Part shown: positions 9,950 to 19,563 of the stretch, piece after piece
How positions within the stretch are numbered: the first letter of the stretch is position 1
Layout: each line of letters opens with the position of its first letter
NCBI GenBank assembly: GCA_051715345.1
Contig: JBPXJQ010000003.1
Coordinates: forward strand, 1,261 to 65,260
DNA length: 64,000 nt
Direction of reading: 5' to 3'
Source of the DNA: Candidatus Blackallbacteria bacterium
GTDB taxonomy: Bacteria; Cyanobacteriota; Sericytochromatia; UBA7694
Program-made: the position numbers and the translations under genes
Notes under the pieces: model-generated
Seen by the model: the letters and a program-made list of their open reading frames with translations, nothing else
The model's database searches: none
Told to the model about the DNA's origin: nothing

Positions 9950-12182
9950 ACACCCCGGTGGGCCAACCCTCGTTTTGGCTGGGGCAGGCGCGGGCAAAAC
10001 CAGCGTCTTAACCCAGCGGGTGGCAAGGCTTTGTAAAAGCGGGATCGAACCCAGCCGGATTCTGGTTGTGACCTTTACCAATAAAGCCGCCAAAGAGATG
10101 AAAGAGCGCCTGGGCAAACTCTTGGGCAAAGCGGTCGTCAAAGAAATCTGGGCGGGCACCTTTCACTCGATCTGCTGCCGGATTTTGCGCCAGGAAATTG
10201 CCCATCTCGATTTGGGTTACCAGACCAATTTTGCGATTTACGATCCACGCGATCAGGAAAAAGCCATGGACCGCGTGATTCGCAGCCTGAACCTCGATCC
10301 CAAAGACTACAAGGCCTCACAAATGCTGCAGATGGTTGGCAAATTCAAAAATGCCGGCATCATGCCCAATGCCGTCTCCCCCAGCGATGTCGATGATCCC
10401 TTTCTGATCCGGCTCTACCGTCAATACCAAAGCTTTCTGCGCCAAAACAACGCACTCGACTTCGATGATTTGCTCTTTCTCAGCCTGCAGGTGCTGGAGC
10501 AGGACCCCGAAGTATTGACGCGCCTGCAAACCCGCTTCCAACATATTTTGGTGGATGAATACCAAGATACCAATACGGTGCAGTTTGAACTGATCAAACG
10601 TCTGGGAGAGCATTGGCGCAATGTCTTTGTGGTCGGTGATGTCGATCAGAGTATTTATTCTTTTCGCCACGCCAATTTCCGCATCATTCTCAGGTTTCAG
10701 CAGGACTACCCAGATGCCACGGTGATCAAACTTGAAGAGAACTACCGTTCCACCGGCCGCATCCTGGCCGCCGCCAATGATCTGATCAACCACAACCGCG
10801 AGCGCTTCGAAAAGACCCTGATCGCCACCCGTGGGCCCGGAGAGCCGATTCGCTTTCACCAAGCCCCAAATGAAGACGAAGAGGCCAATTTTATTGTCAG
10901 GCAAATTCAGCGCATCCAAGAACAGCAGGACCTGAAATGGGGAGATTTTGCCATTCTCTACCGCACCAATGTCCAATCGCGCCTGTTTGAGCAAAAATTG
11001 GTCCAGGCCCGCCTGCCCTATCACGTGGTGGGTGGCTTTCGCTTTTACGATCGCCGCGAGATCAAAGACCTGCTCGGCTATCTCTATGTTTTGTCGAATC
11101 CCCAGGACAGTATCAGCCTGCGCCGGATTATCAACACCCCCAAACGCGGCCTGGGCCCCAAAGCCTTGGAGACCCTTGAGACCTTTGCCACCTTTGAAGG
11201 GCGCGGTTTAACACTCTGGGAGGCGATTCAAGAGCCCTCGGTGACAGACCAACTCGGCAGCAAGAACCAAGAGGCCCTGGAAGAATTTGCCCAAACCATG
11301 ACCCGCCTGCGCCAAACGCCTTTGCCCGTGGCCGAATTATTGGAGCGGGTCTATGTTGAAAGCGGCTACAAAGCCGAACTCGAAGCAGAGCCCGACGAAA
11401 AACAGCGCCAAAACCGCAACGAAAATGTACAGGCCTTGATCCAGGCCGCTATTGACTTCGAAGAGAAAAGCAAAGATGCCACCAACCTGCAGAAATTTCT
11501 CGAAGAGGTCGCCCTGTTTTCGGACTCAGACAGCAAAGATGAAACCAAAACCGTCAAGCTGATGACGGTACACAGTGCCAAAGGCCTGGAGTTTCCGGTG
11601 GTCTTTGTGCCCGGCGTCGAAGAGGGCATATTTCCCCATGTGCGCTCGATCTACGATGGGGAACAGGCGATCGAAGAAGAGCGCCGCCTGATGTACGTGG
11701 CCATGACCCGTGCCCGCAACCACCTGTTTTTGATCCACACCGCCAACCGCCGCAATAAACGCGCGACGATTTCCAACCGCATTTCGCGTTTTATGGTTGA
11801 GATCCACCAGCATATTCAGATCCCTGGCACGTTAATGGTGGCCTTTCGCAACCACGAATACGAACAGCGCCTGAAAAAAATGAACAACAAGACCTTTGCG
11901 GATCTGCCGCCGGTTGAAGGCGCACACCCCAAAGCCCCTCCCAGCCGGGTGGCTCCCAGCACATCCAGCGCCACCTTGGCTCCTCCGCGGCCAACACAAA
12001 CAGCCAAAGCGACAGCCCCTTCGGCCTTGCGGCCCGCCCTGCAAGCGGGGGATCGGGTGCGCCACCCTCAATGGGGACTGGGCGAGGTGCAAAAAGTGAT
12101 CCGCAGCTTGGCCAGTGTTTCCTTTGATGGGCAATTGCGCACGCTGGATTTAAACGTGGCGCCGCTGGAGAAATTGTCTTAA
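9918..12182 (+). CDS. pcrA: UvrD/PcrA-family ATP-dependent DNA helicase
   Basis: Walker A AGAGAGKTSVL, motif II DEYQDTN, VGDVDQSIYSFR, TVHSAKGLEFPVVFV, YVAMTRAR. C-terminal Tudor-like tail (GDRVRHPQWGLGEVQKV). The pcrA versus uvrD assignment is not resolvable by eye. Confidence 0.9.
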   Translation: MLNPNQKRAVEHPGGPTLVLAGAGAGKTSVLTQRVARLCKSGIEPSRILVVTFTNKAAKEMKERLGKLLGKAVVKEIWAGTFHSICCRILRQEIAHLDLGYQTNFAIYDPRDQEKAMDRVIRSLNLDPKDYKASQMLQMVGKFKNAGIMPNAVSPSDVDDPFLIRLYRQYQSFLRQNNALDFDDLLFLSLQVLEQDPEVLTRLQTRFQHILVDEYQDTNTVQFELIKRLGEHWRNVFVVGDVDQSIYSFRHANFRIILRFQQDYPDATVIKLEENYRSTGRILAAANDLINHNRERFEKTLIATRGPGEPIRFHQAPNEDEEANFIVRQIQRIQEQQDLKWGDFAILYRTNVQSRLFEQKLVQARLPYHVVGGFRFYDRREIKDLLGYLYVLSNPQDSISLRRIINTPKRGLGPKALETLETFATFEGRGLTLWEAIQEPSVTDQLGSKNQEALEEFAQTMTRLRQTPLPVAELLERVYVESGYKAELEAEPDEKQRQNRNENVQALIQAAIDFEEKSKDATNLQKFLEEVALFSDSDSKDETKTVKLMTVHSAKGLEFPVVFVPGVEEGIFPHVRSIYDGEQAIEEERRLMYVAMTRARNHLFLIHTANRRNKRATISNRISRFMVEIHQHIQIPGTLMVAFRNHEYEQRLKKMNNKTFADLPPVEGAHPKAPPSRVAPSTSSATLAPPRPTQTAKATAPSALRPALQAGDRVRHPQWGLGEVQKVIRSLASVSFDGQLRTLDLNVAPLEKLS

Positions 12183-12186
12183 GATT

Positions 12187-12234
12187 AAGCCCCAGGGCCA
12201 ACAGGTCTTTTTCATTGCGCAGGCCCTGGGGCTT
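12187..12234. terminator. Long hairpin between convergent helicase and kinase genes (possible bidirectional terminator)
   Basis: 13-bp perfect stem AAGCCCCAGGGCC (12187-12199) / GGCCCTGGGGCTT (12222-12234) with a 22-nt loop. No clean U-tract on either strand. Confidence 0.35.
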
Positions 12235-12286
12235 GTGCCAACCGGAGCCACCCACCCCAAAAGTGCCCCTTAATTAAGACCTATTT

Positions 12287-14557
12287 TTAAAAATCATTCA
12301 CACTCTCGACCAGCCAAAAAGCAGCAATCTGCTCAACCAAACGATTGACCCGCTCAATCTCAAATTGCTGCAGGGCCTGCGCCAACTCTTGGCCCAAATC
12401 CGCCACAAATGGACTTTGATTCGCTTGTCCCCAGCGTTGAACTTCGTCGGCAAAGCGGCGAATCAGCTTGAGATTGCGTTTCTTTTGAATTTGGCGGTAG
12501 AGCGGTTCCAATTGGGTTTTGAGCGCAGTGCGCTGTTCTGAATTGAGGACAGGCTGGCGCACTGGAGTTGAAGCCGACTCAGCCGACTCAGACTCTGGCA
12601 AAAAGAGCCCGACCTCATCCATACTGACTGCCGCTTTTAAGACCAGCACAAATGAACTGCCCTGGCCCGGTGCACTCTGCAAATCAATCCGCCCCCCCAT
12701 CAATTCGGCCAAGCGGCGGCAGATCGCCAGTCCCAGACCCGTCCCCCCGTACTTGCGGGTACTTTGCCCATCTTGTTGATGAAAGGGCTCAAAGATAAGC
12801 TCTTGGGCCTCCAAAGGAATACCCAATCCCGTGTCTTGCACCTGCCAGGCCAATTCCCATTCTCCCTCAGCCAACAAATGCCCTGTCACGCGCAAGCCAA
12901 TTTGACCCCGTTCGGTAAACTTAACGGCATTGCCAAGCAGATTAAGTAAAATCTGGCGCACCCGCAGTTCGTCCAAATACAAACATCTCGGCAATTCAGG
13001 CGCCACGTCCAAGACCCATTCCAAGCCTTTTTTTTCAATCGGCAGCGAAAAAAGCCCCGACAATTCATGACAAAGCAACTGCAGGTCACAGGGCATCAAC
13101 TGCAGAGAAAGCTTACCCGCCTCGACTTTGGAAAGATCCAAGAGATCATTGAGAAGCCCCAAAAGTGATTTCCCTCCCGAATGAATCGCTTCGAGATAAC
13201 TGAGTTGCAGGGGATCGGTTAAGTCTTCTTCAAGTAGCTCACTAAAGCCCATCACCGCATTCAGCGGGGTGCGAATCTCGTGGGAGAGATTGGCCAAGAA
13301 CTGCGACTTGAGCCGACTGGCTTCTTCAGCCTGTTCTTTTGCTGTTTTCAGTTCAGCCTGACTGGCCAGAGAGGCACTCAATTCAGCCGCCACCTGAACC
13401 TGCTGCTGATAGAGATTTAAAAATCGCTGCAGCAAAACCAAGAGCAGCGCCAGCACAAACATCAGACAGCCCCAGGGATAGAGTTGCAACGAAAGGGGAA
13501 GCCGGCACATGGCGACCAGCAAATCGAACAGAGAAGCCCCCGAGAAAACCAACATCCCCGTTCCCACCACCTGGGTCAAGGGGTCAAGCTGGAGCCAAAA
13601 ACGCAGTAATAGGGCACTGAAACTTAACAAACCCAACAAAGCCAAAATCTGAAACGGCAACAGCGTTTGCATCAAAGCGAAGCCCAGCAAAACCGCGAGC
13701 AGGCTCAGGCCTGCGAAGACAAAATGCGCCCAGGCCAAAATCTGCAGTGTCCGTTGCAGGGGGCGCATCAGGGGACGAAAACCCGAAAGATCGCGAATAA
13801 AGAGATAGACACAGCCCGGCATAAAATACAAAGCAAAGAGTGAAATAGGGGTAACCCAATCGGGCATGCGCAGCCAAATCGCAGTTAAATCTGATTCACA
13901 GAGGATATACACGCCCAATAAAAAACAGAACAGGCCAAAGAGTTCCGATAATAGACGCTCTGGCAAAAACAGCGCCAACCCCAAGGCAAAGAGACCGAGC
14001 AAGGTAAACAAACAGCCCAACATAAAACTGCCCAAACTCTGATAGAGCAATTGCAAAAACAATTGGCCTTGAGAGGCGAAATACACCTCAGACATAATCC
14101 CAATAAAACGGTGTTCAGAATGCAGTCGAAAATACAGCGTTTGCGAGACAATGTCTTTGGGTAGGGAGATCAAATGCCAGGTATACCCATTAAAACGGCG
14201 GGGAGCCGTTTGCAGGTCACCAAACGAATAAATCCGCTGCTGTCCTTGAAAGACCTCAAAATTCTGATTCAAACGGCGGATAAACAAACTTGGAGCAGAC
14301 ATTTGGAGAGGGGGAAGCTGAACTTTCAGCCAGAGATCATGGCCCGTCTGAGCCGTTGAAAATTGCAATTGGCTGGCCTTTTGCCAATCTTGGGGAGGTG
14401 TCGCTGAGGTGGAAAAAGCGTATTGCCACTGGGTTGGAGCCAATGCAAAAACATGTTTTTCTGAAAAGCGCTCAAGCAATAAATGACCACTGCCGAGCAG
14501 CAAACCGGTCAACAAAACCAAGAACCAATAGAAGCGCAGGAACGAGAATGAGCGCAT
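12287..14557 (-). CDS. Sensor histidine kinase with 7TMR-DISM-type N-terminal sensor (periplasmic domain plus 7 TM helices)
   Basis: About 170-aa extracytoplasmic N-terminus, then seven hydrophobic helices. H-box [13 protein letters not shown] box [10 protein letters not shown] boxes DTGLGIP and GGTGLGLAI. Helical C-terminal extension (possibly Hpt-like). No adjacent response regulator. Confidence 0.85.
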   Translation of the reverse strand: MRSFSFLRFYWFLVLLTGLLLGSGHLLLERFSEKHVFALAPTQWQYAFSTSATPPQDWQKASQLQFSTAQTGHDLWLKVQLPPLQMSAPSLFIRRLNQNFEVFQGQQRIYSFGDLQTAPRRFNGYTWHLISLPKDIVSQTLYFRLHSEHRFIGIMSEVYFASQGQLFLQLLYQSLGSFMLGCLFTLLGLFALGLALFLPERLLSELFGLFCFLLGVYILCESDLTAIWLRMPDWVTPISLFALYFMPGCVYLFIRDLSGFRPLMRPLQRTLQILAWAHFVFAGLSLLAVLLGFALMQTLLPFQILALLGLLSFSALLLRFWLQLDPLTQVVGTGMLVFSGASLFDLLVAMCRLPLSLQLYPWGCLMFVLALLLVLLQRFLNLYQQQVQVAAELSASLASQAELKTAKEQAEEASRLKSQFLANLSHEIRTPLNAVMGFSELLEEDLTDPLQLSYLEAIHSGGKSLLGLLNDLLDLSKVEAGKLSLQLMPCDLQLLCHELSGLFSLPIEKKGLEWVLDVAPELPRCLYLDELRVRQILLNLLGNAVKFTERGQIGLRVTGHLLAEGEWELAWQVQDTGLGIPLEAQELIFEPFHQQDGQSTRKYGGTGLGLAICRRLAELMGGRIDLQSAPGQGSSFVLVLKAAVSMDEVGLFLPESESAESASTPVRQPVLNSEQRTALKTQLEPLYRQIQKKRNLKLIRRFADEVQRWGQANQSPFVADLGQELAQALQQFEIERVNRLVEQIAAFWLVESVNDF

Positions 14558-14675
14558 AAGGCAATAAAAGCTCCTTCCCTTTGCGCCAGATTTTGAGAAT
14601 CAATAGGCTTGCGACCAGAGGTCGGGGAATTGTTTAATAAAGGGTGCCAACCATTGATCTTCAGGCAGGAAAACA

Positions 14676-15548
14676 GTGAACGCTCCCACAAACGCCCAAA
14701 ACACAGATCCCCCGCTAACCAGCAGTATAACAGGATCGCCAAAAGCACTCCAGCAACTCATTCAGAACTTTCATCAGGCCCATTCTCCGTTGCGGGTGGT
14801 ATCATCACTCAAAGCCCAAGCGTGGATTCACAGCCTTTTGGGCTTGCTTTTCCCCCATTTGAGTGTCTTTCCCGGCAAAGCCGTCGATATCCAGCGTCAA
14901 AGCCAAGAGCTGCAAGTAGAACTCACAGGCCTGCTGGAAGTGGTGGCATTGGACCTCCCTCTGAGTGCCTCAGAACTGGCCCAGGCCTATTTCAGCGAAG
15001 ATTTACCCCAAATTTACCTGACCCTGCAACAAGATGGCCGCTGCATGTTGGCAGGGGATCCGGCTGCTGTCAGTTTGGACGAAGTCTATCAGGCCTATCC
15101 GGGTTTTTTGGCAGTGGCGGTCTACCGTCTGGCCCATGGTCTGTACCTGCGCCAGATCCCGCTTCTGCCAAGGCTATTAACCGAATACGGCCATCGCCTG
15201 ACCGGGGTGGATATTCATCCCGGCGCCAAAATAGGTCCCTCGCTGTGCATTGATCACGGCACCGGAATCGTGATTGGGGAGACCAGCGAAATCGGGGCCG
15301 GTGTCAAACTCTATCAGGGCGTGACCCTGGGCGCGTTGAGCGTAGAAAAAAACATGGCCCAAATCAAACGCCACCCCACCATTCAAGATCGGGTCGTGAT
15401 CTATGCCGGAGCCACCATTTTGGGCGGAGAAACCGTGATCGGTCACGACAGCGTGATTGGCGGGAATGTCTGGCTGACCCGCAGCATAGATCCCTTTTCA
15501 CGGGTCTACCAAACCAGCGAGGTTCGCGTCCAGCCCAAGCGCGAATAG
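14676..15548 (+). CDS. cysE: Serine O-acetyltransferase (long N-terminal form)
   Basis: LTGVDIHPGAKIGPSLCIDHGTGIVIGETSEIG, KRHPTIQDRVVIYAGATILGG and SVIGGNVWL hexapeptide-repeat core. GTG start at 14676 (no in-frame ATG in the N-terminal third). Confidence 0.85.
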   Translation: MNAPTNAQNTDPPLTSSITGSPKALQQLIQNFHQAHSPLRVVSSLKAQAWIHSLLGLLFPHLSVFPGKAVDIQRQSQELQVELTGLLEVVALDLPLSASELAQAYFSEDLPQIYLTLQQDGRCMLAGDPAAVSLDEVYQAYPGFLAVAVYRLAHGLYLRQIPLLPRLLTEYGHRLTGVDIHPGAKIGPSLCIDHGTGIVIGETSEIGAGVKLYQGVTLGALSVEKNMAQIKRHPTIQDRVVIYAGATILGGETVIGHDSVIGGNVWLTRSIDPFSRVYQTSEVRVQPKRE

Positions 15549-15569
15549 GGCTTTATCGTTTGCTTGAGT

Positions 15570-16907
15570 TTAACGCCTGCGCGGCGGCGGCGAAAAGCCC
15601 TTGATCAAGAGTTGCAAGGTCTGCTCATAACTTACTCCGGTTTCAATCGTCTGTTTGAGAAAGTCGAGGATGTCTTCGTAGCGCTCGATCGCTTCGTCGA
15701 TACGTTTATTGCTGCCTGGACTATAAGCGCCAATGCTGATCAAATCCTCGGCCTCACGCCAGGTGGCCAATAGCTCACGCAAGTGGCCTGCTGCTATTTT
15801 TTGCTCTGGGGTGGCCAACTCCAAGGCCAGACGGCTGATGCTCTGTAAGATATCGATGGCGGGGTAGTGATTGCGGCTGGCCAATTCCCGCGAGAGCACA
15901 ATATGTCCATCGAGAATCCCGCGCACGCTGTCGGCAATCGGTTCGTTTTGGTCATCCCCTTCGACCAAAACAGTATACAGTGCTGTGATCGAGCCCCGAT
16001 CCGAGGTGCCTGAGCGTTCGAGCAAACGGGGCAGCAGACCATAGACCGAGGGTGGATAGCCCCGTGTCGCAGGTGGTTCGCCAATTGCCAAGCCGATCTC
16101 GCGCCGGGCCATGGCAAAGCGGGTCACGGAGTCCATCATCAGCAAGACATCTTGTTGCTGATCGCGAAAATATTCAGCAATCGCGGTGGCGGCAAATGCC
16201 CCTTTGATACGCAAAAGGGCGGGCTGGTCGGAGGTGACCACCACCAAGACCGAGCGCTTAAGCCCTTCTTCGCCCAAATCGTTTTCAATAAAATCGCGCA
16301 CCTCGCGGCCACGTTCCCCGATCAGGCCAATCACATTGACGTCGGCATTGGTATAACGGGCCACCATCCCCAAGAGTGTGCTTTTGCCGACCCCCGAACC
16401 CGAAAAAATCCCCAGGCGTTGGCCCCGACCACAGGTCAGCAGACCATCCAGGGCCTTGATCCCCAGTCCCAGGGGCTGGGTAATGCGCTGGCGCAGCATC
16501 GGGTTGGGGGGACTGGCATCAAGCAGATAGCGGTGGTGTGTCAAAGGTGGCGGTTTGCCATCCAGTGGATTGCCCAGCGGGTCAATCACACGGCCCAGCA
16601 ATTCTGGGCCCACGGGTACCATTTGGGGAATGCCCGTGGCCACGACCTCACTGCCTGCACGAATGCCATGCACCTCATCCAAGGGCATCAGCAGCACAGT
16701 GCTACCGCGAAAGCCCACGACCTCGGCACGGGCAATTTGTTCGCCGCAGTGGATTTTACACAATTCGCCCAAATGCACTGCCGGACCTTCAGCTTCAATC
16801 ACGGCACCAATCACCTGGGTCACCCAACCTTTGTGCAAAACCGGATCCACCTGTTCCAGAACATGGCGATAGGGTTCTAAATTGAGCTGACGCAGATGTT
16901 CCATCAA
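15570..16907 (-). CDS. fliI: FliI/YscN-family (flagellar / type III secretion) ATPase
   Basis: 445 aa. Walker A GSGVGKSTLLGM, Walker B VLLMMDSVTRFA, and LIGERGREV typical of T3SS ATPases. The start overlaps the upstream TPR gene stop by 4 nt (16904-16907). Confidence 0.85.
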   Translation of the reverse strand: MMEHLRQLNLEPYRHVLEQVDPVLHKGWVTQVIGAVIEAEGPAVHLGELCKIHCGEQIARAEVVGFRGSTVLLMPLDEVHGIRAGSEVVATGIPQMVPVGPELLGRVIDPLGNPLDGKPPPLTHHRYLLDASPPNPMLRQRITQPLGLGIKALDGLLTCGRGQRLGIFSGSGVGKSTLLGMVARYTNADVNVIGLIGERGREVRDFIENDLGEEGLKRSVLVVVTSDQPALLRIKGAFAATAIAEYFRDQQQDVLLMMDSVTRFAMARREIGLAIGEPPATRGYPPSVYGLLPRLLERSGTSDRGSITALYTVLVEGDDQNEPIADSVRGILDGHIVLSRELASRNHYPAIDILQSISRLALELATPEQKIAAGHLRELLATWREAEDLISIGAYSPGSNKRIDEAIERYEDILDFLKQTIETGVSYEQTLQLLIKGFSPPPRRR

Positions 16908-18469
16908 GTTCTTTTCGGTGCGGGCGTCAGGGTTTTTAACAATTCCTGCAGAGCCGGTGCATCTGCTGCCGCAGGGTTCTGCTGCAAATACAGTTTAAGT
17001 GCGCTGCGGGCCTTGTCTTTTTGCCCCTGTTTGAGCCAAGCCAGCCCCAGGTATTTTGAGAGTTCACGCTGGCCGGGAGCCAGTTTTTGGGCCTGTTCGA
17101 GCCAGGCAATGGCCTGTGCCGCTTGGCCCTGCTGAGAGGCCAAGATGCCCGCCACAATCAAGGTTTGAGTATCACGGGGATGGGTTTTGAGATAACTTTC
17201 CAGGTATTTCAGGGCCTCTCCCGCACGGCCCTGACGGGAAAGCCAAAAGGCAGCTTCGGGCAAGGCCTCTTGAGGCGGAGGCGCAATCGCAAAAGCCTGG
17301 GCAAAAAAGGACTCAGCTTTGGATTTTTGACCATTTAAATGCGCCAATTTGCCCAATAAGTGCAAAACTGAGGCGTTGACAGGTTCAGCCTCCGCCAAAG
17401 GTGCCAATAAATCCCAGGCCTCAGCACGGTGATTCAGTTTCAATTCCCAATGCACCAATTGCAAACGGGCCGATTCATCTTCGGGCCGAAAACGCAAATA
17501 ATCGCGCAGAAGCACCACCAATTGGGCGCCTTGATTTTGTGCTGTGAGTACCTGCAAAAGCAATCCTCGCGCGGAATCATGCTCTGGACGCAACCAGAGT
17601 ACATGGTACAAATCCGCTTCAGCCCCGACCAGATTTTTGGCTCGGATCGCCAAACGGGCGCGTTCATAATAAGCTGCGGCATGGTTGGGATCTTGTTGAA
17701 TGACTTGGTTTAAATCGTCCAGGGCCCCCCGCCAATTTTGAGCTGCCAAATAGATGCGGGCCCGGCGAAAGGCCGCAGCGGCACAACTGGGATGGGCCTT
17801 TAATAATTGGCTATAGGCGCCCAAGGCTGCCGCTGTCTTCCCCTGTTCTTCAAGGGCCACTGCCTGCCGATAGCCACTCAAGGCAACAGCCGGCTCAAAC
17901 CCAGGAGAAACAGCCGGAGGCAAGGCTTGCAGTTTTTTTTCCAGAGCGGGCTCACGTTTGAGTGCAAGGGCCCGTTGCCAGGCTGCACGGGCGGCATCTG
18001 GCGCTGAAGCAGGAGAGTCAAGCTGGCTTTGTATCAGCTCCAATTGACCCAAATTGAACCACAACTCGCGCGCCAAGGGACGGGTAAGCAAAGCCTGGGT
18101 GTACAAGCTGCGCGCAGCCGCCAGGTCTTCGAGTTGTATAAATGCCAAACCAAGATGGTTGAGGGCAAAGAGATGATCGGGAGCGAGTTCTAAGGCCTTT
18201 TGCAAATGGCTGAGGGCCAAAACAGCATCACCACTGAGCAGCGCAGCGCTGCCGACCTGATAGTGCAGTTCAGCACTGCCAGGATTGTCTGCCAAAAGTG
18301 GCAAATAAAGGGCCAAGGCTTGGGAATAGGCCTTGGCTTGGAAAGCCGCCTGAGCCTGCTCTGCCAAAGTAAGGTCTGCGGCAAAGACAGGCAGACTCAG
18401 TGCCGCACAGGCCAAAAGACCTGTGAACATTGTTTTGAAGGGTGTGTAAAGCTGCTTGATTTTAAACAT
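16904..18469 (-). CDS. Secreted TPR-repeat protein
   Basis: AAGGAG lies 5 nt upstream of ATG 18469, which is preferred over the ORF-track start 18511. Signal peptide MFKIKQLYTPFKTMFTGLLACAALSLPVFA. TPR-like Ala/Leu-rich repeats throughout. Confidence 0.8.
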   Translation of the reverse strand: MFKIKQLYTPFKTMFTGLLACAALSLPVFAADLTLAEQAQAAFQAKAYSQALALYLPLLADNPGSAELHYQVGSAALLSGDAVLALSHLQKALELAPDHLFALNHLGLAFIQLEDLAAARSLYTQALLTRPLARELWFNLGQLELIQSQLDSPASAPDAARAAWQRALALKREPALEKKLQALPPAVSPGFEPAVALSGYRQAVALEEQGKTAAALGAYSQLLKAHPSCAAAAFRRARIYLAAQNWRGALDDLNQVIQQDPNHAAAYYERARLAIRAKNLVGAEADLYHVLWLRPEHDSARGLLLQVLTAQNQGAQLVVLLRDYLRFRPEDESARLQLVHWELKLNHRAEAWDLLAPLAEAEPVNASVLHLLGKLAHLNGQKSKAESFFAQAFAIAPPPQEALPEAAFWLSRQGRAGEALKYLESYLKTHPRDTQTLIVAGILASQQGQAAQAIAWLEQAQKLAPGQRELSKYLGLAWLKQGQKDKARSALKLYLQQNPAAADAPALQELLKTLTPAPKRT

Positions 18470-18594
18470 AGTTTCTCCTTGCAGTTTAACGGTCAGTAAC
18501 ACATCAGGCAACCAGACATTGGCATTTCGCTAGGCATTTCGCTGCGAGATTGATATGATCGAGCTGTCTCAAATCAATTCAATCCTGCGGAGCA

Positions 18595-19563
18595 ATGGCT
18601 ATGTTTGGCCCATTTTACCAGACCCTGGCGGCAGACAAACTCCAGCCCTGGCTGCAACACCTGCCCGCCCGTCTGGCCCAGTGGGAGCGTGACCTGAGCC
18701 GCTCACAACAACAAAATTATCTGCAGGTGCCCAGCGCCTTGCCCCCCATCAGTCCATCAGAATTGGAACTCAAGCAAACTCTGCGTGTCGGGCTGCCCCA
18801 AGACCTGGCACCCGGCCAAGAAAAAATGCTCTTGCAACTCCTGCAACGCCTCAAACCCTGGCGCAAAGGTCCGTTAAACCTCTTCGGGATCGAAATCGAA
18901 ACAGAGTGGCGTTCGGATTGGAAATGGGACAGAATTGTGCCGCATATTTCGCCCTTGGCGGACCGCCGGGTTTTGGACGTGGGCTGCGGCAATGGCTATT
19001 ATCTCTGGCGCATGCGCGGCGAAGGCGCCGCTTGTGTGATCGGGATTGACCCCATGGTGATCTTTTTGGCCCAGTTCCTCTGTTGTCAGCATTTTATTCA
19101 AGATCCAGCCGTACATGTATTGCCCTTGGGGGTGGATGATCTGCCCTCTCTGCCCCTCTTTGACACGGTTTTTTCGCTGGGTGTGCTCTACCACCGCCGC
19201 TCGCCCATTGATTTTTTAACACAACTACACAGCCAATTGCGGCCCGGCGGCGAACTCGTGCTCGAAACCCTGGTGGTCGAAGGCGATGAGCAAACCGTGC
19301 TGGTGCCTCAAGACCGCTATGCCCAGATGCGCAATGTCTGGTTTATTCCCTCGGTGGCCGCATTACAACGCTGGTTAGAGCGGGTTGGGTTTACAGAGAT
19401 CGCGCTGGTCAACTTAAACACCACCTCATTAGACGAGCAACGGCGGACGGCCTGGATGGAATGGGAATCCCTGGCAGATTTCCTCGATCCAAATGACCGC
19501 AGCAAAACCGTGGAAGGTTATCCAGCACCCCTGCGGGCCGTGTTGGTAGCTCAAAAAGCCTAA
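18595..19563 (+). CDS. cmoB: tRNA U34 carboxymethyltransferase CmoB
   Basis: LKPWRKGPLNLFGIEIETEWRSDWKWDRI signature, SAM-binding VLDVGCGNGYY, and 322-aa length typical of CmoB. Confidence 0.8.
   Translation: MAMFGPFYQTLAADKLQPWLQHLPARLAQWERDLSRSQQQNYLQVPSALPPISPSELELKQTLRVGLPQDLAPGQEKMLLQLLQRLKPWRKGPLNLFGIEIETEWRSDWKWDRIVPHISPLADRRVLDVGCGNGYYLWRMRGEGAACVIGIDPMVIFLAQFLCCQHFIQDPAVHVLPLGVDDLPSLPLFDTVFSLGVLYHRRSPIDFLTQLHSQLRPGGELVLETLVVEGDEQTVLVPQDRYAQMRNVWFIPSVAALQRWLERVGFTEIALVNLNTTSLDEQRRTAWMEWESLADFLDPNDRSKTVEGYPAPLRAVLVAQKA

Noticed and set aside
10317-11024. 235-aa minus-strand ORF, plus similar long antisense ORFs at 16152..16880, 42572..43237, 43834..44499, 44656..45231 and 5275..6147
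   Set aside because: All lie fully inside well-supported genes on the opposite strand (helicase, fliI, rho, rlmD, the 328-aa gene). They show no motifs and are typical GC-rich shadow ORFs.
14609-15253. 214-aa plus-strand ORF overlapping cysE in another frame
   Set aside because: The cysE frame carries the full hexapeptide acetyltransferase signature. The alternative frame is Pro/Arg/Ser-rich with no motif.
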